The notes below the pieces were generated by a model. It was not told the DNA's origin and ran no database searches. It was given only the letters and a program-made list of their open reading frames with translations. The position numbers were made by a program, and so were the translations under genes. Shown here piece by piece: positions 10,217 to 20,311 of a stretch of DNA of 64,000 nucleotides. Location of the stretch: assembly GCA_964568585.1 (NCBI GenBank), contig CAZMQI010000001.1, positions 449-64,448 on the forward strand, given 5' to 3'. The first letter of the stretch is position 1. Each line of letters opens with the position of its first letter. The DNA is from an uncultured Rhodospirillales bacterium. GTDB lineage: Bacteria; Pseudomonadota; Alphaproteobacteria; UBA9219; RGZA01.

Positions 10217-13200
10217 TTATGCGGCTAATCCAACTAGCTCGTTCAAAATCTTTTCAACGCCTTTTAGACGTGCAGCTTCGTCCACCCACACGCGCAAACA
10301 TGTCAATTTCTGGTCAGGACGCACCTTAATTGTCCCGCTGTTTTTCTGGATGTAATGCACAAGGCGGTCAGGCTTGGCAAAAGAAGCATTTCTAAAGCCT
10401 ATAACCGCCCCCTTGGGCCCGGCATCCAACCGTTCCACACCGCTTTGCTTACATAAAGCTTTGATGGCGACAGTTTCAAGCAAGTTTTGTACTTCAATCG
10501 GTAATGCACCGAACCGATCAATCAATTCTGCTGCAAAAGATTCAATCTCCTCGCGATTCTTCAAATCAGCCGCGCGGCGATAAAGATTCAAGCGCAATCC
10601 CAAATCGGAAACATAGCTTTCGGGAATAAGCACCGACATGCCCAGATTGATTGTTGGAGTCCAACTATCATCATTCTGGTTGGCTGCTCCTTTGCCGCCA
10701 TATTTGGCTTCATCACGCGCGGTTGCCACCGCTTCCTCCAACATTTGCTGGAATAGCTCGATACCCACTTCTCTAATATGCCCCGATTGTTCTTCGCCCA
10801 ATAAATTACCCGCGCCGCGTATATCCATATCATGGCTGGCTAACTGGAATCCTGCGCCCAAGCCTTCCAGTGTGCTGATGACTTCAAGACGTTGCTGTGC
10901 GGTCTGGCTCAGCGCCATCGTGTTGTCATAGGTCAAATAAGCATAACCGCGTTGTTTCGCGCGCCCTACCCGCCCCCGCAATTGATAAAGCTGTGCAAGG
11001 CCGAACATATCCGCGCGGTGGATGATGATGGTGTTGGCATTGGGAATATCGAGGCCAGATTCAACGATATTAGTTGAAAGCAGCACATCATATTTGCCTT
11101 CGTCAAAGGCCGTCATCACATCTTCAAGTTCGGTCGGCGTCAGTTTTCCATGCGCGGTGACCATTTTGATTTCGGGAACCAGTTCCAACAATTGCTCACG
11201 AAGATGTGGCATATCTTCCAGACGCGGACATACATAAAAGCTTTGCCCACCACGATAATGTTCGCGCATCAATGCTTCGCGTATTACCAACGCATCATAA
11301 GGTAACACGGCAGTCCGCACCGCTAATCGATCAACTGGCGGCGTCGTAATCAGGCTTAGTTCACGCACACCCGTTAACGCCAATTGCAGCGTACGCGGGA
11401 TTGGCGTTGCGGTCAGGGTTAGCACATGCACGTTGGCGCGCAGCTCCTTCAAGCGTTCTTTTTGCTTCACGCCGAAATGCTGTTCTTCATCCACAATCAA
11501 CAGACCAAGATTTTGGAATTTTACATCTTTGGCGAGCAAGGCGTGGGTGCCAACCACAATATCAATCTTGCCATCGGCCAGCAGCGCTTTATTTTCCTTG
11601 CTTTCTTTAGCCGTCACCATACGCGATAGTTGTGCGATACGCACGGGCATGCCGTTAAAGCGCGCCATGAAATTGCGTGTGTGTTGCCGCGCTAACAATG
11701 TTGTTGGAACAACAACTGCTACTTGATAGCCCGCATGTACGGCAGCAAAAGCTGCTCGAATGGCAACTTCCGTTTTACCAAAACCAACATCGCCGCAGAC
11801 CAATCGGTCCATCGGTTTACCGCTGCTTAAATCATCGAATACCTGATTAATCGCCCGTTCTTGGTCGGCTGTTTCCGCATAAGGGAAACGCGCCGCGAAT
11901 TCTTCGTATAGGCCAGATGGCAGCGTGATTTGCTCCCCTTCCTGTACTTGGCGTTCGGCGGCGATTTTCAATAATGCTTCCGCCATATCCTTCAGGCGTT
12001 TTTTAACACGCGCTTTACGACCCTGCCATGACACAGAGCCAAGACGGTCAAGCTGAACGCCATCCGTATTGGAACCATAACGCGACAGCACATCCAGATT
12101 TTCAACAGGAACGAATAATTTATCGCCGCCTTCATATACAATACGCAGGCAATCATGCGGCGCGCCGGTAACATGCATGGTTTCAAGGCCCATATAGCGG
12201 CCAATCCCATGTTCGGCATGCACCACTAAATCCCCTTCATTCAGGGCGGATAGTTCAAGTGTGAACTTATCGGATTTGCCATGGCGTGGCTTGGGGCGCT
12301 GTAATCTATCGCCCAGAATATCCTGTTCCGATAACACCAATAAATCGGGCGAAGCAAAGCCGCGTTCAACCGCCAATACGCATACCGATGGCGCGCGTTT
12401 ATCGCGTTTAGTGGCTTTTTCAAAATCATCCACCATTTCCAATTGGTTCAGGCCATGCTCACGCATGACGTGGATGATACGTTCTGCGGAACCATTGCTG
12501 TAACACGCAATTAGCACGCGACGGTCTTGTTGCGCTGCAATAAAATCGCCAACGGTCTGGAACAAATTGGTTGCGTCTTTGGCCCGCGTATCCGCAAAAT
12601 CGCGTGCCCGTGCGCCTTGGCAATCAACAGCGTTCTGTGCGACATCGGCAATCGGGAATGGTGAAAAATTGCCCGCGGTGTGCGTTGCCAACAATTCATC
12701 CCATTCCTTGCGGTTCAAATACAACCGGTCGGGTGGTAATGGGCGGTAGACAATCTGCCCTGCCTTCTTATCCGCTTGCTGCAATGCTTTGCGCGCTGAA
12801 TAAAAATCATCAATATGGCTAAGGCGTGCCTGCACCGCTTCTTCCAGCTGTGCATCCATCATGAACACCGCATCCTGCACATAATCGGCAAAGGACGCCA
12901 TGGCTGGATAGAACAATGGCAACCAATGTTCCATACCGGCATATTTGCGGGCAGCGCTTACACTTTCATACAGCGGGTCTTTTGCGCTCACACCAAATAT
13001 ATCGCGGTAGGCGGTACGGAAATGCGCGATGGTCACATCATCAAACACGATTTCCGAAACAGGCTTTAGATGAAATCCGTTTTGGGTATTCAGCGTGCGC
13101 TGGGTGATGGGGTCGAAGGAACGGATGGTTTCAATATCATCGCCGAATAAATCAAGACGCAGCGGTTCGTCAACGCCGGGCGGAAAAATATCGATGATGC

Positions 13201-13702
13201 TGCCGCGAAACGCATATTCCCCTGGCTCGCGTACGGTTTCTGCTCTGGTAAAGCCATTGCGCGCCAAAAATAGCTTCAGCTTTTCGATGTCTAACGCATC
13301 GCCCGCTTGCAGTGACAGCGACACATCACGAAATACGCTTGGTCCAGGCACTTTTTGCAAGATTGCCTGCACGGTGGTGATAACAAGGCGCGGTTGTTTC
13401 GGCAATTCCAGCAATTTGCTCAGGCAATCCACACGTGCAGCTAAAATCCCCGCACTGGGCGATACACGGTCATAGGGCAAACAATCCCACGCCGGAAAAT
13501 TCAGAATTTCAATGTGCGGGTTAAAGAACGCAACCAATTGCGCGGTTACCGCTGCCGCCAACTCATCACCAGCCACATATACGGCGGTGCGTGGCCGCGC
13601 CGCACTGGCAATCTCCGCCAATATGCGCGCATGATGACCAAAGGGGGCACCAGCCAGTGTGACGGTTTTATGTTCATTGAGATTAAAGGCGGAGGCAAAC
13701 AT
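10217..13702 (-). CDS. mfd: Transcription-repair coupling factor Mfd
   Basis: 1161 aa with UvrB-homology N-terminus, DEEQHFGV helicase motif II, …LTLTATPIPRTL… and TRG motif regions. Full-length. Confidence 0.95.
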   Translation of the reverse strand: MFASAFNLNEHKTVTLAGAPFGHHARILAEIASAARPRTAVYVAGDELAAAVTAQLVAFFNPHIEILNFPAWDCLPYDRVSPSAGILAARVDCLSKLLELPKQPRLVITTVQAILQKVPGPSVFRDVSLSLQAGDALDIEKLKLFLARNGFTRAETVREPGEYAFRGSIIDIFPPGVDEPLRLDLFGDDIETIRSFDPITQRTLNTQNGFHLKPVSEIVFDDVTIAHFRTAYRDIFGVSAKDPLYESVSAARKYAGMEHWLPLFYPAMASFADYVQDAVFMMDAQLEEAVQARLSHIDDFYSARKALQQADKKAGQIVYRPLPPDRLYLNRKEWDELLATHTAGNFSPFPIADVAQNAVDCQGARARDFADTRAKDATNLFQTVGDFIAAQQDRRVLIACYSNGSAERIIHVMREHGLNQLEMVDDFEKATKRDKRAPSVCVLAVERGFASPDLLVLSEQDILGDRLQRPKPRHGKSDKFTLELSALNEGDLVVHAEHGIGRYMGLETMHVTGAPHDCLRIVYEGGDKLFVPVENLDVLSRYGSNTDGVQLDRLGSVSWQGRKARVKKRLKDMAEALLKIAAERQVQEGEQITLPSGLYEEFAARFPYAETADQERAINQVFDDLSSGKPMDRLVCGDVGFGKTEVAIRAAFAAVHAGYQVAVVVPTTLLARQHTRNFMARFNGMPVRIAQLSRMVTAKESKENKALLADGKIDIVVGTHALLAKDVKFQNLGLLIVDEEQHFGVKQKERLKELRANVHVLTLTATPIPRTLQLALTGVRELSLITTPPVDRLAVRTAVLPYDALVIREALMREHYRGGQSFYVCPRLEDMPHLREQLLELVPEIKMVTAHGKLTPTELEDVMTAFDEGKYDVLLSTNIVESGLDIPNANTIIIHRADMFGLAQLYQLRGRVGRAKQRGYAYLTYDNTMALSQTAQQRLEVISTLEGLGAGFQLASHDMDIRGAGNLLGEEQSGHIREVGIELFQQMLEEAVATARDEAKYGGKGAANQNDDSWTPTINLGMSVLIPESYVSDLGLRLNLYRRAADLKNREEIESFAAELIDRFGALPIEVQNLLETVAIKALCKQSGVERLDAGPKGAVIGFRNASFAKPDRLVHYIQKNSGTIKVRPDQKLTCLRVWVDEAARLKGVEKILNELVGLAA

Positions 13703-13704
13703 GA

Positions 13705-13986
13705 TTACGGCTTGTTATAAAATGCGATAAGTTCTTTGAGTGCAGAATTATTCTGTACAGCTTCAGGTAGTGCTTCCTGCAAGGTTATCCAGTTATAAAT
13801 ATCGGGGTCGTTTTCATGCATCAGCGCTTCATAGGCTTGCAATTGTGTGGCGTCATAACTTGGCAATGTCGCATCGGCGAATTTACCCATCATCAAATCC
13901 ATCTCGCGCGTACCTCTGTGCCATGAACGGAAGATGAGTTTTTTACGTAGGTTTTCGAGTGCTTCGGTCATAAATTTATCCGTCAA
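13705..13986 (-). CDS. sdhE: FAD assembly factor SdhE (DUF339)
   Basis: 93 aa with the SdhE RGxxE motif (…WHRGTREMDLMMG…). Lies 2 nt upstream of mfd on the same strand, a common alphaproteobacterial arrangement. Confidence 0.7.
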   Translation of the reverse strand: MTDKFMTEALENLRKKLIFRSWHRGTREMDLMMGKFADATLPSYDATQLQAYEALMHENDPDIYNWITLQEALPEAVQNNSALKELIAFYNKP

Positions 13987-14166
13987 GAAACGCCAAACGC
14001 CGCCTTGCCCAAAAAAGCGGGCGCAGCGGGTCGTGCAATGGCCCTCAAGCTAGCAAAATTGTCAGACCGATAAAAGCACCTTATACATAGAGCAGATCCC
14101 AATCACATGGCTTGCTACAAGTGAGTTTGATTGGGTGAATCTGCTCGATACACATATAATATATCT

Positions 14167-16248
14167 ATGCGTCCATCTTTACTTGACCCGTTATTTGCAT
14201 CTGTTCAAAGCCTGAAAGGGATTGGGCCGCGCTTTGCTGTGTTTATTGCCAAGCTATGCGGGCCGCTGGTGGTGGATTTATTGTGGCACCGCCCGTTCCG
14301 CGTCATTGATCGCAGTGCCTCCCCACCCATCATGCGTGCACAATCTGGGCAGACAGTTACGTTAGAAGTGGAAGTTGAATACATCCAGATGGGCAAACAC
14401 AGCCAACCCAGCCGTGTGCGCGTGAGCAACGACACCGGATTTATGGATATTGTTTATTTCAAAGCCTATGAAGCGACCTTACAAAAACAATTTCCGGTCG
14501 GCGAAAAAATTATCGTCAGCGGCACATTAGATGATTTCAACGGCAAGAAACAAATCACCCACCCCGAATATGTGTTGCCTGTATCGCGCAAAGAAGAAAT
14601 CCCAAAGGTCGAGGCGGTTTATAATCTTACCGCAGGCCTGCCATCCAAATCTTTGCGTAAAAGTATTCAATTAGCCCTATCGCGCGTTCCGGAATTACCG
14701 GAATGGATTGATGAGAGTTATTTGAAAAAGCAGAACTGGATAAATTGGAAAAAAGCCCTGCTAACACTACACAATCCGCAATCCGATTTGGAATGTGCCC
14801 CGCAAAATCCTGCACGCTGCCGCTTGGCCTATGACGAATTACTGGCCAATCAATTGGCGTTGGCGCTAACACGCGAAAAAACACGCGTATTGAAAGGCCG
14901 CAGTTTAACGGGCGATGGCACGTTACAAAAACAACTCCTCACCCAACTGCCCTTCGCGCTCACCAATTCGCAAACCGAAGCGATAAAAGAAATCAGCGTT
15001 GATATGCAATCCGCTGACCGGATGTTACGCATGTTACAGGGTGATGTGGGCAGCGGCAAAACCTTGGTCGCACTTATGGCGATGCTGCAAGCAGTGGAAG
15101 CTGGCGCACAAGCATGTTTAATGGTGCCCACCGAAATTCTGGCACAACAACATTACGCCAGCATTAGCAAAGCGATGAGTAACTTGCCCGTTACAATCAC
15201 CTTGCTACACGGCAAACTAAATACAGCAGCAAAACGTGAAGCGTTAGATGATATGCAAAGCGGTAAAGCCAATATCATCATCGGCACGCATGCAGTGTTT
15301 CAGGACGATGTGCGTTTCCATAACCTTGGCCTGATTGTCATTGATGAGCAGCACCGCTTTGGCGTGCATCAACGCCTTGCTTTGTCCGAAAAAGGCGTGA
15401 CGCCTGATTTATTGGTGATGACCGCCACCCCTATTCCACGCACGCTAACGCTAACCACCTATGGCGATATGGAAGTTTCGCGTCTTACCGAAAAGCCAGC
15501 TGGCCGCCGCGTGATTGATACGCGCACCATTCCGCTTGGTCGCCTTGACGAAGTAATTGACGCTGTAGCACGCAAGATAAAGACGGGTGAAAAGGTCTAT
15601 TGGGTATGCCCATTAGTTGAAGAATCCGAATTGATTGATTTGGCAGCCGCCACCGAACGCCATGCAATGATGAAACTGCATTTGGGCGAAGCACATGTTG
15701 CCTTGGTGCATGGGCAAATGAAATCCGCCGAGCGCGAGAAAGAGATGGAGCGCTTTTCTAAAGGCAATGCGGGGCTGCTCATTGCCACCACCGTGATTGA
15801 AGTGGGTGTGGATGTGCCGGAAGCTACATTGATGGTGATTGAACACGCCGAACGCTTTGGCCTTGCCCAGCTGCATCAACTGCGTGGCCGTGTGGGACGG
15901 AACGATAAACCATCTACTTGTCTGTTATTATTCAGCGAGCCACTTGGCGAAATCGCCAAGGCACGTTTGAAAATGATGCGCGAAACCGATGATGGTTTCA
16001 GGATAGCGGAAGAAGATTTGCGCCTTCGTGGCCCTGGCGAAGTATTGGGTAGCCGCCAAAGCGGCTTGCCTGACTTCAAATTGGCGGATTTGTCCGCACA
16101 TAGCGAATTACTGCAAACCGCCGTTGATGACACCAAGCTGATTATCAACAAAGACCCCGAATTGGAAACAAAGCGTGGGAAAGCCTTGCGCCACCTGCTC
16201 TATTTATTCCAGTATGATAAGGCAATCAAAACACTTCGTTCAGGATAG
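14167..16248 (+). CDS. recG: ATP-dependent DNA helicase RecG
   Basis: Wedge domain plus SF2 helicase motifs (…GDVGSGKT…, DEQHRFGV, …MTATPIPRTL…, …QLHQLRGRVGR…). Start taken at MRPSLLDPLF… (14167), typical of RecG, rather than the upstream ATG at 14131. Confidence 0.9.
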   Translation: MRPSLLDPLFASVQSLKGIGPRFAVFIAKLCGPLVVDLLWHRPFRVIDRSASPPIMRAQSGQTVTLEVEVEYIQMGKHSQPSRVRVSNDTGFMDIVYFKAYEATLQKQFPVGEKIIVSGTLDDFNGKKQITHPEYVLPVSRKEEIPKVEAVYNLTAGLPSKSLRKSIQLALSRVPELPEWIDESYLKKQNWINWKKALLTLHNPQSDLECAPQNPARCRLAYDELLANQLALALTREKTRVLKGRSLTGDGTLQKQLLTQLPFALTNSQTEAIKEISVDMQSADRMLRMLQGDVGSGKTLVALMAMLQAVEAGAQACLMVPTEILAQQHYASISKAMSNLPVTITLLHGKLNTAAKREALDDMQSGKANIIIGTHAVFQDDVRFHNLGLIVIDEQHRFGVHQRLALSEKGVTPDLLVMTATPIPRTLTLTTYGDMEVSRLTEKPAGRRVIDTRTIPLGRLDEVIDAVARKIKTGEKVYWVCPLVEESELIDLAAATERHAMMKLHLGEAHVALVHGQMKSAEREKEMERFSKGNAGLLIATTVIEVGVDVPEATLMVIEHAERFGLAQLHQLRGRVGRNDKPSTCLLLFSEPLGEIAKARLKMMRETDDGFRIAEEDLRLRGPGEVLGSRQSGLPDFKLADLSAHSELLQTAVDDTKLIINKDPELETKRGKALRHLLYLFQYDKAIKTLRSG

Positions 16249-16252
16249 ACCT

Positions 16253-16756
16253 ATGTTCATCAATACCGCAGCACTCGCTCTTGCAGGACTAACCGGCATT
16301 TTTCGCTTAAGCGAAATTGTGTATGGGGAGATTAAAACTAAAGCGATGCGTAGTGAAGGCGGACAAGAATTTTCGTCTTGGCAACGCTGGCCGATTTTTA
16401 TTATCTATGCGCTGTGGCTTGCGATGTTGCCAATCTTTGTATTGAAAGACACGCCCATGAATTTCATATGGCTGGGCATTTATGTGCTGTTGGAATGTTT
16501 ACGCTGGTGGGCGATTTGGCATCTGGGCAAATACTGGACAACACGCATCATCATCGTGCCAAATGGCAAGCGCGTGACCACAGGCCCATATCGTTTTCTG
16601 CCACACCCGATATACATCGCACTAGTGGGTGAAGTGGCCGCATTGTCACTCACCTTCGATCAACCAGGACTTGCAGCTTTTTTTGGCGGATTGACCGCGT
16701 TGTGGGTATTCTTCCGCGTACGTGCTGAAAATGCTGCATTGTCTCAATTGAATTAA
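16253..16756 (+). CDS. Isoprenylcysteine carboxyl methyltransferase (ICMT/phospholipid methyltransferase) family membrane protein
   Basis: Multi-TM ~170 aa with C-terminal …GPYRFLPHPIYIALVGE… motif typical of the ICMT/PEMT family. The internal ATG at 16253 avoids overlap with recG. Confidence 0.6.
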   Translation: MFINTAALALAGLTGIFRLSEIVYGEIKTKAMRSEGGQEFSSWQRWPIFIIYALWLAMLPIFVLKDTPMNFIWLGIYVLLECLRWWAIWHLGKYWTTRIIIVPNGKRVTTGPYRFLPHPIYIALVGEVAALSLTFDQPGLAAFFGGLTALWVFFRVRAENAALSQLN

Positions 16757-16826
16757 GAATCCCCCCTTACATCAAATTGCCATATCGCTAGACTACCGTT
16801 TACCTTTTCAACCATGAGGACCTTTC

Positions 16827-17459
16827 ATGCGCTCATTTTTTGCTTTTCTTTTGACCGTTTTTCTATCACTTTCCTCCCTCGCTATCGCACAAGGTGTGAT
16901 GGTTGACAAAACCGCACCGAAAGGAACACCAGCCCAAGTGACAACACAACCTTCCGCACCAGCAGCAACTCCTGCAATCAAAGATCCTGAAAACACCTTA
17001 TTCATGGATTTGAAAGATGGCCGTGTAGTTATCGAACTGCGTCCTGATCTTGCACCAAAGCATGTTGCACGCATCAAAGAACTGGTTCGTCAAAAATTCT
17101 ATGACGGTCTTGCATTCCACCGCGTGATTGATGGTTTCATGGCACAGGGCGGCGATCCAAAGGGTGATGGCACAGGCGGTTCAGGTAAGAACATTCCTGC
17201 TGAATTCTCTTCTGAAAAACATCTACGTGGCACTGCATCCATGGCACGTTCATCCAACCCCGATAGCGCTGACAGCCAATTCTTCATCTGCCTTGATACG
17301 GCATCATTCCTTGACGGCCAATACACCGTATGGGGTCAGGTTGTGTCGGGCATGGAATTTGTTGACCACATCAAAAAAGGCAACAAGGCCAATAACGGCA
17401 CTGTGATTATTCCCGATAAAATCGTGAAGATACAAGTCGCTGCCGACGCCAAAGAATAA
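16827..17459 (+). CDS. ppiA: Periplasmic peptidyl-prolyl cis-trans isomerase, cyclophilin type
   Basis: Signal peptide plus cyclophilin core (…HRVIDGFMAQGGDP…, …GTASMARS…PDSADSQFFI…). Confidence 0.85.
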   Translation: MRSFFAFLLTVFLSLSSLAIAQGVMVDKTAPKGTPAQVTTQPSAPAATPAIKDPENTLFMDLKDGRVVIELRPDLAPKHVARIKELVRQKFYDGLAFHRVIDGFMAQGGDPKGDGTGGSGKNIPAEFSSEKHLRGTASMARSSNPDSADSQFFICLDTASFLDGQYTVWGQVVSGMEFVDHIKKGNKANNGTVIIPDKIVKIQVAADAKE

Positions 17460-17474
17460 GGCGCGAGGGAATAA

Positions 17475-18113
17475 TTACTTCCCTTGTGGGGTTAGGGATT
17501 GGCGCTTTTCACGGACTGCCGTGATTAGCGTTTCCAGCTCATCCAGTTCGGATAACACCTTATTGGACGCATCCCAATCCTGCGTACGCAGCGAGGATAA
17601 CAAGCGGATAATGCCCATTTCAATTTCCTGACCGGTGCGCTGCGCCAACTTATCCAGCGCAACAGTATCCGAAGCACCCTCATACATGCTGTGCAATTCG
17701 GAAATGATGGCGGAATTCTGCTGGGTCGAGCTTTCCTTGGCTTCCTGCTTGTTCAACATCAACCAGTAACGGCTGCGGCTGACGGGATCACGCAGGCTGT
17801 CGAATGCCATTTGCACAGCTTCGCGGTGCTTGGCAGCATAGGTTTTTTCCTGCTGGCTGCGGATCATGAAACGTTCGGCATGGAATGTGCGCTGCAAGGA
17901 GGCATGGTTTTTTTCCAAGCCCTGTAAATCAATGTCCACTTTCTTTTCCATGCCCATGCGTTGGAAATGGTCGATATCGCGCACGGGTTGGATGCTACCG
18001 CAATGATTGCAGAACATGGCGCGTACGGATAGTTGTGCATGACATGACCAGCACACGCATTCCTGCTGGTTTGATGAAATATCTATCACCTTATCGCTGG
18101 GCACATTATCCAT
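17475..18113 (-). CDS. hscB: HscB-like Fe-S co-chaperone with N-terminal CxxC…CxxC finger and degenerate J-domain (HPD -> HAE)
   Basis: Alignable to the HscB J-domain and C-terminal helical domain (DHFQRMGM… ~ DYFxLFGL; LQRTFHAERF ~ LQRQYHPDKF; …DSLRDPVSRSRYWL…). N-terminal C-W-S-C …x11… C-N-H-C tetracysteine. Immediately downstream of the cysteine desulfurase. Confidence 0.6.
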   Translation of the reverse strand: MDNVPSDKVIDISSNQQECVCWSCHAQLSVRAMFCNHCGSIQPVRDIDHFQRMGMEKKVDIDLQGLEKNHASLQRTFHAERFMIRSQQEKTYAAKHREAVQMAFDSLRDPVSRSRYWLMLNKQEAKESSTQQNSAIISELHSMYEGASDTVALDKLAQRTGQEIEMGIIRLLSSLRTQDWDASNKVLSELDELETLITAVREKRQSLTPQGK

Positions 18114-18122
18114 TAGTGATCC

Positions 18123-19253
18123 TTACGCTGCTCTCGTTTTGCTGCTACGTTGATAAAGGTTCAACCACACTTCTGCAAGTTTTTCTAATTCTGCAATGCT
18201 GGTTCCCCACCCGAAACTGATGCGGATGGCCGATGTAGCCTCGGCTTCGTCTGCGCCCATGGCTTTTAATACTGGGGATGGCTGCACTTTTCCACTCGAA
18301 CATGCTGAACCGCTACTAACTGCCAAGCCCGCCAAATCGAATGCCATAAGCTGGGTATCGTTACGCACGCCTGGCATGGTAATGCAGGAAATCGCAGCAA
18401 CGCGCGGCGCATCCGCGCCAAATACTTTGGCTTGCGGCACGCGCTGCGTAATCAGCATTTCGAACATACCGCGCCATTTAATCCATTCAGTGGTTTGTTC
18501 TAAATCTGCATCTATCAATTCCACCGCGCGGCCAAAACCGACGATACCTGCCACATTTTCGGTGCCAGCACGTTTGCGTGATTCCTGACTGCCGCCCGTC
18601 ATCAGCGGCGCAAGCTTTACGGCTTCGCTGCAAATTAATGCGCCAATCCCCTGCGGACCGCCAAGTTTATGGGCGGATAGGCTAAGCATATCCACGCCCA
18701 AATCCTTGAAATCCACCGCCATGCGGCCTGCACCCTGCACTGCATCACAATGCATGATTGCGCCATATTGTTTGGCAAGTGCAGCAGCTTCTTTCACGGG
18801 TTGAATAACACCAGTCTCATTATTGACCAACATAACACTGAGAATACTTTGTGGATTTGCTTTAAGAACATCTTCCAAGTGGTTCAAATCAATCACGCCA
18901 TCTGCATTCACGCGCACGATATGCGGCGCAGTTGCAGTTTGCATGACTGAAGGATGTTCGATGGCGGAAATGATATTCGGGCGGCCCGCAACCCCATGCC
19001 TATTAAAGCTATATAAGGCCATATTGTTGGCTTCGGTTGCACCGCTGGTAAATGTAACTTGGGATGACTTCACATTGTAGCGTTTGGCGACAATAGCCCT
19101 TGCGCCTTCCACTTTATGACGCGCTTCGCGGCCAAAGCCGTGCACCGATGATGCATTGCCATGACTTTCCAGCGCCTCAGTCATCGCCTTAATGACTTCA
19201 GGCTTCACAGGCGTTGTTGCGGCGTAATCCAGATAAATGGGCGTATTGCTCAT
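18123..19253 (-). CDS. Cysteine desulfurase (IscS/NifS family, class V aminotransferase)
   Basis: PLP-lysine motif …SAHKLGGPQGIGAL… and C-terminal active-site Cys loop (…SSGSACSSG…). Start chosen at MSNTPIYLDYAATTP (19253); the ORF track extends to 19289. Confidence 0.85.
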   Translation of the reverse strand: MSNTPIYLDYAATTPVKPEVIKAMTEALESHGNASSVHGFGREARHKVEGARAIVAKRYNVKSSQVTFTSGATEANNMALYSFNRHGVAGRPNIISAIEHPSVMQTATAPHIVRVNADGVIDLNHLEDVLKANPQSILSVMLVNNETGVIQPVKEAAALAKQYGAIMHCDAVQGAGRMAVDFKDLGVDMLSLSAHKLGGPQGIGALICSEAVKLAPLMTGGSQESRKRAGTENVAGIVGFGRAVELIDADLEQTTEWIKWRGMFEMLITQRVPQAKVFGADAPRVAAISCITMPGVRNDTQLMAFDLAGLAVSSGSACSSGKVQPSPVLKAMGADEAEATSAIRISFGWGTSIAELEKLAEVWLNLYQRSSKTRAA

Positions 19254-19497
19254 TGGGCAGTTATTAATCCCTCTATATAGTGGCGGCACAAACTATCACA
19301 AAGCAAAGCAGTTGTTTTTAATTTCAACCCTGTCTGCTAGGTTGCGGTTGTTAGAAAATAGCGGGCGTTAGGGGGTTTAAGCCCTTAATTAAAGGATATT
19401 TTGAGCTGCTGCTCACGAAAACCTTGAAAATTAACGATTATATCCGCTATAGTGAATTATTAATAAAGTGTAAACAGCCAATTTATAGGGTGTGCGT

Positions 19498-20169
19498 ATG
19501 CCAGAAGTACTATTTAACGGACCAGCCGGACGTCTTGAAGGCCGTTATAGCCCAGGTAAATCACCAACCGCACCTATCGCGCTGGTTTTGCACCCAAGCC
19601 CGCAACATGGCGGCACGATGAACAACAAGGTCGTGTTCAACGTCTATCAATCATTCACCAGCCGTGATTTCGCAACCTTGCGTTTCAATTTCCGCGGTGT
19701 TGGTCGTTCCCAAGGTTCATATGATCGCGGTGAAGGCGAACTGGCCGACGCAACCTCTGCATTGGATTGGTTGCAAACGATTAATCCAGCAGCGCGTAGC
19801 GTGTGGGTTGCCGGTTTCTCATTCGGTTCATGGATTGGTATGCAGTTATTGATGCGCCGTCCTGAAATCGACAGCTTCATCTCTATCGCACCACCAGCTA
19901 ACATGCTGGATTTCACCTTCCTTGCGCCATGCCCTACTTCCGGCATGATCATTCAAGGCGATCAGGATGAAATTGTTCCAGAACCATCTGTTGCGAAGCT
20001 CGTTCACAAGCTTTCATACCAACGCGGCATCAAAATCGATTACCGCGTTATCCAAGGCGCAGACCACTTCTTCACCGATCAAACGGATAAGATGCAAAAA
20101 GCGGTTGAAAGCTATCTTGACCAAGCATTGTTCAACCCAGCTTCCATGGGCTTTGCGATGTCAGCTTAA
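19498..20169 (+). CDS. Alpha/beta-hydrolase fold protein (small serine hydrolase)
   Basis: Nucleophile elbow G-F-S-F-G-S (…VAGFSFGSW…) and downstream Asp/His (…QGDQDEIV…, …GADHFF…). ATG at 19498 preferred over GTG at 19492. Confidence 0.6.
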   Translation: MPEVLFNGPAGRLEGRYSPGKSPTAPIALVLHPSPQHGGTMNNKVVFNVYQSFTSRDFATLRFNFRGVGRSQGSYDRGEGELADATSALDWLQTINPAARSVWVAGFSFGSWIGMQLLMRRPEIDSFISIAPPANMLDFTFLAPCPTSGMIIQGDQDEIVPEPSVAKLVHKLSYQRGIKIDYRVIQGADHFFTDQTDKMQKAVESYLDQALFNPASMGFAMSA

Positions 20170-20187
20170 GGGCTGACCACATAATAG

Positions 20188-20214
20188 AAAAACCGGCGTT
20201 TGCCGGTTTTTTTA
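20188..20214 (+). terminator. Rho-independent terminator downstream of the alpha/beta hydrolase
   Basis: aaaaCCGGCgtttGCCGGttttttt: GC stem, 4-nt loop, 7-T tract. Confidence 0.7.
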
Positions 20215-20311
20215 TGCCTTAATTCCTGATTTTGTGGGCTTTGAACAGTTTATAGTTAACAAGCCGTTACCATTTAATAGAATATGAAGCATTTTCCGCG
20301 AAACTGAGCGG

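Noticed and set aside
17885-18220. 111-aa plus-strand ORF spanning the hscB/cysteine-desulfurase junction
   Set aside because: Antisense to two well-supported genes and Cys/Arg-rich from GC-rich antisense codons.
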